NCBI GenBank assembly: GCA_041651115.1
Contig: JBAZJY010000002.1
Span: forward strand, 350,855 to 414,854
Length of the DNA stretch: 64,000 nucleotides
Direction: 5' to 3'
From: Candidatus Omnitrophota bacterium
GTDB taxonomy: Bacteria > Omnitrophota > Gorgyraeia > Gygaellales > Profunditerraquicolaceae
The notes beneath the pieces were generated by a model. It did not search any database, had not been told where the DNA came from, and worked only from the letters and a program-made list of their open reading frames with translations. The position numbers were made by a program, and so were the translations under genes. Below are positions 58,040 through 64,000 of the stretch, piece after piece; within the stretch, counting starts at the first letter, position 1, and the number at the start of each line of letters is the position of its first letter.

Positions 58040-59344
58040 ATGATTGAGCGTTACAGCTTGCCAAAAATGGCCGGAATATGGCAGGATGATTTCAAGTTTA
58101 AAGTTATGCTTGAGATTGAACTGCTTACCATAGAAGCACTTGCCAAAAAAAGAAAGATCCCCGCATCCGTACCTTCCCGGATAAGAAAAAAAGCAAAATT
58201 CAGCATTCCCCGGATCAAAAAAATCGAAGAAAAAACCCAGCACGATATCGTAGCATTCGTAACCAACGTTGCCGCAAGCATCGGCGCTGACGCCAAATAC
58301 CTGCATGCCGGCCTGACTTCTTCAGACCTCTTGGATACGACTTTGGGCGTGCAGCTCAAGGCAGCTTCGGAGATACTTATTGCCGATTTGGAACGGCTGC
58401 GCAATGTCCTGGCGAAGAAAGCTTTGAGATATAAAGACATGGTTTGTATCGGCAGGACGCACGGCATACATGCTGAGCCGACAACCTTTGGTTTGAAGCT
58501 GGCGCTTTGGTATGATGAAACCAACAGGAATTTAGCGCGCCTTAAATTAGCCAAGGAGGAAGTTTCCGTCGGTAAGATCTCCGGGGCAGTCGGCACTTAC
58601 GCAAATGTTGATCCCGAGGTAGAGGCTTATATCTGCCGCAAGCTAGGGATAAGGCCGGCAAAAATATCCACGCAAGTCATTCAAAGAGATATTTACGCGG
58701 TATTTATGGCCAGGCTTGCAATCGTCGGCTCCAGCCTTGAGAAATTCGCAACGGAGATCCGGCATTTACAGCGCACAGAAGTGCGCGAAGCAGAAGAGCC
58801 GTTTGGTAAAGGCCAAAAAGGCTCATCAGCCATGCCGCATAAGCGCAACCCGGTGATCTGCGAGCGGATCTGCGGTTTATCGCGCTTGCTGCGCGGCAAT
58901 GCCTTAGCCGCCATGGAAAACGTGGCCTTATGGCATGAGCGCGATATCAGTCATTCTTCGGTTGAACGGGTGATCATGCCTGATTCTACGCTTGCCCTCG
59001 ATTATATGTTAAATAAATTCATTCAGGTAGTTGAAGGGATGACGGTTTATCCCGATAATATGCTTGCCAATCTCGTCAAGACCAACGGCTTGATCTTTTC
59101 CCAGCGGGTACTCCTGGCGCTGATGGATAAGGGTCTGGCGCGGCCAAAAGCGTATGACCTGGTACAACGTCAGGCTATGAAGAGCTGGAAAGAAAACCTT
59201 GATTTTAAAAAATTACTTTCGCAAGATAAAGACGTATCAAGGCTCTTAAGCCCGTCAGAACTCAATAAGATTTTTAATCTGGATTATTATTTGCGTAACG
59301 TCAATAAGATCTTTAAAAACGTCGGTTTAAGGCCCTCTCCTTAA
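58040..59344 (+). CDS. purB: Adenylosuccinate lyase
   Basis: MIERYSLPKM N-terminus; SSAMPHKRNP fumarate-lyase signature. Confidence 0.9.
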   Translation: MIERYSLPKMAGIWQDDFKFKVMLEIELLTIEALAKKRKIPASVPSRIRKKAKFSIPRIKKIEEKTQHDIVAFVTNVAASIGADAKYLHAGLTSSDLLDTTLGVQLKAASEILIADLERLRNVLAKKALRYKDMVCIGRTHGIHAEPTTFGLKLALWYDETNRNLARLKLAKEEVSVGKISGAVGTYANVDPEVEAYICRKLGIRPAKISTQVIQRDIYAVFMARLAIVGSSLEKFATEIRHLQRTEVREAEEPFGKGQKGSSAMPHKRNPVICERICGLSRLLRGNALAAMENVALWHERDISHSSVERVIMPDSTLALDYMLNKFIQVVEGMTVYPDNMLANLVKTNGLIFSQRVLLALMDKGLARPKAYDLVQRQAMKSWKENLDFKKLLSQDKDVSRLLSPSELNKIFNLDYYLRNVNKIFKNVGLRPSP

Positions 59345-59365
59345 AGCTCCGGAAAACACATTATC

Positions 59366-62341
59366 ATGCTATACAATATCGAAATAAAAGATAAGCCCGG
59401 CGTCTTTGACGCTGTCGGCGAAGGCATTAAGAAGGATATTTCTGATTTAGGGATTAAAGGCGTATCCGAAGTCAGGTTCGTGCAGGCATATTTTATAGAG
59501 ACAGATGCTTCAGAAACGGATGTACGCAGGATATGCGAAGAGCTGTTGATCGACAGGGTCGCGCAGAATTATACGATTGAGAAAAGGGAGGCGTCGCAGG
59601 CTTTACCGGAAACATCCTCTTTTTCAGTGATAGAAGTTGCCTATAACCTGGGGGTAATGGATCCGGTAGAAGAATCCGCGCTTAAGGGGATAAAAGACTT
59701 AGGCATAGAAGGCGTTACTTCTTTTAAAACCGCAAAGAAATATCTCATCAAGGGAAATATCAGCAAGGATCAGCTTAAAACAATTTCCAATAAGCTCCTC
59801 TATAATAAGTTGATCCAGCATATTGTCTTGCCAAACACCAAGCATCAAACACCAAGCATCAAACAGGTCGGCTACAGGTTTAATTTAGTTACCGTTGATC
59901 TGTTAGCTGCTTCCGACAATGACCTGATACGTATTGCCAGGGCCGGCCAGCTGTTCTTGAGCCTTGCGGAAATGCAGGCGATCAAAAATTATTTCAAAAA
60001 ACTTAAAAGGAACCCCATTGACTGCGAATTAGAAGCGATTGCCCAGACATGGTCGGAGCATTGCCTGCATAAAACCTTTCGCGGAAAAATAAAATACAGC
60101 GAAAAGATCCCGGGTTCCAAGCCCCAAACCCCAAAGCTAAAAATAAAAAAAATAAATAACCTGCTTAAATCAACGATCATGAAAGTGACCATGGAGTTGA
60201 ATAAGTCCTGGTGCGTTTCGGTATTCAAGGATAATTCCGGGATCATTAAATTCGACGAAAAAAACAATGTCTGTTTTAAGGTTGAGACGCATAACCACCC
60301 TTCAGCGCTTGAGCCGTTCGGCGGGGCAAATACCGGCATCGGCGGCGTGATCCGCGACCCGATGGGCACAGGCCTGGGCGCCAAGCCGATCCTCAATACC
60401 GATGTTTTTTGTTTCGCGTCTCCGGACTATCCGTTTGCCAAAGTGCCCAAGGGCAGCCTTCACCCCAAACGCGTAATGAAAGGCGTGGTTTCCGGGGTGA
60501 GAGATTACGGTAATAAAATGGGCATCCCTACGGTAAACGGCGCGATATTATTTCACGAGAGGTTTGTCGGCAACCCCCTTGTATATTGCGGGACAGTCGG
60601 CATTTTGCCTGAAGATAAATCTTTTAAGGATCCCCGGACCGGGGACCTGGTAGTTGTTACCGGCGGCAGGACCGGAAGGGACGGCATCCACGGCGCGACT
60701 TTCTCTTCAGGCGAACTGACGCACGAGTCGGAAACCGTATCCAGCGGCGCAGTACAGATCGGCAATCCCATACAAGAAAAGAAAATGCTGGACGTGATAC
60801 TTAAGTGCCGCGATGAAAACTTGTATACCGCGATCACCGACTGCGGCGCAGGCGGGCTTTCCAGCGCTGTCGGGGAGATGGGCCAGGACCTTGGCGCAGA
60901 AGTGCACCTTGAAAAAGTGCCGTTAAAATATTCCGGCTTATCCTATACGGAGATCTGGATCTCCGAATCGCAGGAGCGCATGGTGCTTTCCGTGCCCAAA
61001 GAAAAGATCAGCCGGCTGCTGGAAGTTTTTAACAGCGAAAACGTTGAGGCGGCGGTGATCGGCGAATTTACCGATACAAAACAACTCAAGCTTTATTATG
61101 AAGGCAACCTTGTCTGCGACCTGGAAATGGGATTTTTGCACTCCGGCAATCCGCAGATAGAAAAAAAGGCAATGTTTATTATGCCGCGGCATAAAGAGCC
61201 GGGATTCAGCTGTCCGAAAAATCTCACCCCGCAGCTTAAGAAACTGCTTTCACATTACGATACCTGCTCTAAGGAATGGGTAGTCCGTCAATACGACCAT
61301 GAGGTGCAAGGCGGTTCGGTGGTAAAGCCACTTTCCGGCATTGCCAATGACGGCCCATCGGACGCGGCAGTTGTCCGGCCGCTCTTAAATTCTCCCAAAG
61401 GGATCGTTGTTTCCAACGGCATAAATTTCCGGTTTGGCTTTATCGATCCCTACTGGATGGCTGCTTCCTGTATTGATGAGGCCCTGCGCCAGATCATCAG
61501 CGTTGGCGGCTCACTTAAAGAAGTGGCGATATTGGATAATTTCTGTTGGGGCAATCCCGATAAGCCGGACAGGCTGGGCAGTTTAGTGCGGGCGTCTTAC
61601 GGTTGTTATGATTTTGCCAAAGCATTCGGCGTGCCGTTTATTTCCGGCAAAGACAGTTTATATAACGAATTTACCGTGGAGAACAAGTCTATTTCTATCC
61701 CCGGCACTTTATTGATCTCGGCGATCGCGGTGATGGAAGATGTTGCCAGGGCAGTTTCGATGTATGCCAAGCAGGCAGGAGATTTGGTCTATGTGGTCGG
61801 CCCCACTTATGATGAAATGGGCGGCTCGCATTATTTTGATCTCTCCGGGGCCATAGGCAATAATGTGCCGAAAGTGCATAGCCGGCAGGCGCTGAAAATT
61901 TTCAATGCTTTAAGCAGCGCTTCCGGGCAGGGATTGGCAAAAGCAATACACGATTGTTCAGACGGCGGCATAGCTGTTGCCTTGGCAGAAATGGCGTTTT
62001 CCGGCGGATTGGGCATGGAAGTATTTTTGTCGGAAGTGCCGTATACGGTAAGATCACGGGTTTCAAATTCCGCCGTAGGCGGATCAGCCTACGGCTGGCC
62101 CAAATCACAAAATAGGAATGATTTTATTTTATTCTCGGAGTCAAATTCGCGGTTTATCGTGGAAGTAGAACGGAGAAATCAGAAAAAATTCGAAGCGCTT
62201 TTAAAGGGCATTGATTTTGGCCTGGTCGGCTGTTTGTCCGCGGACAAAGCATTCATGGTGCACGGCCTTGACGGAAAGCTTTGCGTCAAAACGGATATTG
62301 ATACCTTAAAAGAAGCGTGGCAGAAACCATTGAGGTGGTAA
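59366..62341 (+). CDS. purL: Phosphoribosylformylglycinamidine synthase subunit PurL with N-terminal PurS-like domains
   Basis: PurS-like repeats in the first roughly 230 aa, then PurL AIR-synthase-like cores (HNHPSALEPFGGANTGIGG). Confidence 0.9.
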   Translation: MLYNIEIKDKPGVFDAVGEGIKKDISDLGIKGVSEVRFVQAYFIETDASETDVRRICEELLIDRVAQNYTIEKREASQALPETSSFSVIEVAYNLGVMDPVEESALKGIKDLGIEGVTSFKTAKKYLIKGNISKDQLKTISNKLLYNKLIQHIVLPNTKHQTPSIKQVGYRFNLVTVDLLAASDNDLIRIARAGQLFLSLAEMQAIKNYFKKLKRNPIDCELEAIAQTWSEHCLHKTFRGKIKYSEKIPGSKPQTPKLKIKKINNLLKSTIMKVTMELNKSWCVSVFKDNSGIIKFDEKNNVCFKVETHNHPSALEPFGGANTGIGGVIRDPMGTGLGAKPILNTDVFCFASPDYPFAKVPKGSLHPKRVMKGVVSGVRDYGNKMGIPTVNGAILFHERFVGNPLVYCGTVGILPEDKSFKDPRTGDLVVVTGGRTGRDGIHGATFSSGELTHESETVSSGAVQIGNPIQEKKMLDVILKCRDENLYTAITDCGAGGLSSAVGEMGQDLGAEVHLEKVPLKYSGLSYTEIWISESQERMVLSVPKEKISRLLEVFNSENVEAAVIGEFTDTKQLKLYYEGNLVCDLEMGFLHSGNPQIEKKAMFIMPRHKEPGFSCPKNLTPQLKKLLSHYDTCSKEWVVRQYDHEVQGGSVVKPLSGIANDGPSDAAVVRPLLNSPKGIVVSNGINFRFGFIDPYWMAASCIDEALRQIISVGGSLKEVAILDNFCWGNPDKPDRLGSLVRASYGCYDFAKAFGVPFISGKDSLYNEFTVENKSISIPGTLLISAIAVMEDVARAVSMYAKQAGDLVYVVGPTYDEMGGSHYFDLSGAIGNNVPKVHSRQALKIFNALSSASGQGLAKAIHDCSDGGIAVALAEMAFSGGLGMEVFLSEVPYTVRSRVSNSAVGGSAYGWPKSQNRNDFILFSESNSRFIVEVERRNQKKFEALLKGIDFGLVGCLSADKAFMVHGLDGKLCVKTDIDTLKEAWQKPLRW

Positions 62342-62342
62342 G

Positions 62343-62996
62343 ATGAAAAGAATAAACATCAAGGATGATTTTACGCATGAAGACACATGGCGGATGTTCA
62401 GGATCATGTCGGAGTTCGTGGAAGGTTTTGAAGTGCTTTCCGAAGTAGGCAGCGCAGTGTCCATTTTCGGGTCCAGCCGTTCAAAGGCCGCAAATAAATA
62501 TTACAAATTGGCCGAAGAAATAGCCTATCTTTTAGCAAAAGAAGGCTTCGCGATCATTACCGGCGGCGGGCCGGGGATAATGGAAGCCGGCAACCGCGGG
62601 GCAAGGCGGGCAAAGGGCCTTTCTATCGGCTTGAATATCCAGATACCCATGGAGCAGAAGGCCAATAAGTATATTGATACGTTGCTTGATTTTCATTATT
62701 TCTTCGTGCGCAAGGTGATGTTCGTGAAGTATGCCAAGGCATTTGTGATCATGCCCGGCGGCTACGGCACGCTGGATGAATTTTACGAAGCGATCAACCT
62801 TATCCAGACAAAAAGAATACCCCGTTTTCCCGTAGTCCTCTTTGGCAGCGATTATTGGAAAGGTATGATCAAGTGGCTTAAGGAAAACGTGCTTGCCGCC
62901 GGAAATATCAGCCGGGAAGACCTTGATTTATTCAAGATCGCCGACAGCCCGTCAGAAGTCGTGGGCATAATCAAAAAGTTTTATGAAAAGACCTAA
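62343..62996 (+). CDS. LOG family protein (Rossmann-fold nucleotide-binding, cytokinin riboside 5'-monophosphate phosphoribohydrolase-like)
   Basis: ITGGGPGIMEAGNRGA and PGGYGTLDE motifs. Confidence 0.75.
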   Translation: MKRINIKDDFTHEDTWRMFRIMSEFVEGFEVLSEVGSAVSIFGSSRSKAANKYYKLAEEIAYLLAKEGFAIITGGGPGIMEAGNRGARRAKGLSIGLNIQIPMEQKANKYIDTLLDFHYFFVRKVMFVKYAKAFVIMPGGYGTLDEFYEAINLIQTKRIPRFPVVLFGSDYWKGMIKWLKENVLAAGNISREDLDLFKIADSPSEVVGIIKKFYEKT

Positions 62997-63780
62997 GGTT
63001 TGCGTATTAAGGACAGCAGGAACGAACTGTGACAAGGAGACTGCTTTTGCTTTTCAGAAAGCAGGCGGAGAGCCTGAATCCGTGCATATTAATAAATTTA
63101 TTTGCGGGCAGGAAAAACTGGATGCCTTTCAGATCCTTGTTTTGCCCGGAGGTTTTAGTTACGGCGATGACCTGGGCGCCGGCAGGATCCTTGCCAATGA
63201 ATTAAGGTTTAAATTGATCGATAGCCTTAAAGAATTTATCCGGCAGGGCAAGCTGATCATCGGAATATGTAATGGCTTCCAGATACTGGTAAAAAGCGGG
63301 TTATTGCCGGGTAATGCCGGTTTTAGGCAGGAAGTAAGCCTGATCATAAACGATTCGGGAAAATTCGAGGACCGCTGGATATATCTGAAATCCCAAATTA
63401 TAAATTCCAAATCCCAAACCAAATGCGTATGGACGCAAGGATTGCCGGAAGTGATCTATCTGCCGGTAGCGCACGGAGAAGGAAAATTTATCAGCGAAGA
63501 TAAGGCTATCTTGCAGCGCCTTCAGGCAAGCGGCCAGATAGTTTTACGGTATTGTAATGAGCATGGCCAGGCATCAGGCTATCCTGCTAACCCCAACGGG
63601 TCAACTGATAATATTGCCGGTATCTGCGATGAGACCGGGAGGATACTCGGGCTGATGCCGCATCCGGAAAGGCATATTGACAGCCTGCAGCACCCGCGGC
63701 ACGCGGGGGCGGCCAAAAAGGACGGCGACGGCCTGCAGATATTCAAGAACGCCATAGAATTCGCAATTAAGAACCTCTAA
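62983..63780 (+). CDS. purQ: Phosphoribosylformylglycinamidine synthase glutaminase subunit PurQ
   Basis: Class I GATase: GICNGFQ catalytic Cys, HPE at the C-terminus. Confidence 0.85.
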   Translation: MKRPKVCVLRTAGTNCDKETAFAFQKAGGEPESVHINKFICGQEKLDAFQILVLPGGFSYGDDLGAGRILANELRFKLIDSLKEFIRQGKLIIGICNGFQILVKSGLLPGNAGFRQEVSLIINDSGKFEDRWIYLKSQIINSKSQTKCVWTQGLPEVIYLPVAHGEGKFISEDKAILQRLQASGQIVLRYCNEHGQASGYPANPNGSTDNIAGICDETGRILGLMPHPERHIDSLQHPRHAGAAKKDGDGLQIFKNAIEFAIKNL

Positions 63781-63792
63781 CGGAGCGTAAAC

Positions 63793-64000
63793 ATGAGCGG
63801 CATTTTCGGCGTAGTTGCAAAAGATAATTGCCGGCAAGACCTGTATTACGGCACAGATTATCACTCGCATTTAGGCACGCAGTTCGCCGGCCTTGCGGTG
63901 TGGTCGGACAACGAGCTGGTGCGTAAAATACACGATATCAGGGGCAGCCAGTTTAAGGCTAAATTTTATGATGACCATAAGAAGATGAATGGCCGCATGG
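63793..64000 (+). CDS. purF: Amidophosphoribosyltransferase N-terminus (3' partial)
   Basis: MSGIFGVV Ntn-type start (Ser in place of the usual Cys); runs off the window. Confidence 0.6.
   Translation, partial: MSGIFGVVAKDNCRQDLYYGTDYHSHLGTQFAGLAVWSDNELVRKIHDIRGSQFKAKFYDDHKKMNGRM

Overview
This is a 64 kb bacterial chromosomal window of mixed core and accessory content. Read left to right, it holds: (1) a complete group-4 (Mbh/Ech-type) membrane-bound [NiFe] hydrogenase fused to an Mrp-antiporter module (about 14 subunits, 1..10095), followed by an orphan DHp protein, a REC receiver, a cNMP-binding/patatin phospholipase, the HycI maturation protease and an NSS transporter. (2) A roughly 17 kb integrative element inserted into tRNA-Phe(GAA), bounded by 20 bp att direct repeats (16724..16743 and 33650..33669). 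It carries a xis-int pair at the right end, a replication module at the left end (SF3-like helicase/primase, clamp-loader-like AAA+ ATPase, minimal family-A DNA polymerase), and a cargo that looks defensive or anti-defensive. The cargo includes DUF2958, HD, an unknown 317 aa protein and a SurE nucleotidase flanked by perfect 134 bp direct repeats; a convergent PD-(D/E)xK nuclease; a dGTPase-like HD protein; two DUF2188 paralogs; an HTH-SF2 helicase with a Zn-ribbon partner; a serine recombinase; and an InsA-like remnant. (3) A glycan-modification cluster (GT9, SAM methyltransferase, B12-radical SAM, TPR membrane protein), cspA and tRNA-Thr. (4) An MFS transporter and an Rnf complex in the order rnfC-G-D-E-A-B, then purN, ftsH, eno and ftsB. 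(5) A second small AT-rich islet (about 4.6 kb) inserted at tRNA-fMet, with a 17 bp att repeat and no integrase. It encodes a PDT-like protein, a HicB-like protein, an unknown 396 aa protein and a RES-like protein, and contains two copies of a conserved roughly 90 nt non-coding motif. (6) An HD-GYP protein, then purB, a PurS-fused purL, a LOG gene, purQ and the start of purF. No CRISPR array was seen. Several candidate small RNAs, structured elements and att sites are reported. All functional calls rest on motifs recognised by eye in the translations; no database searches were run.
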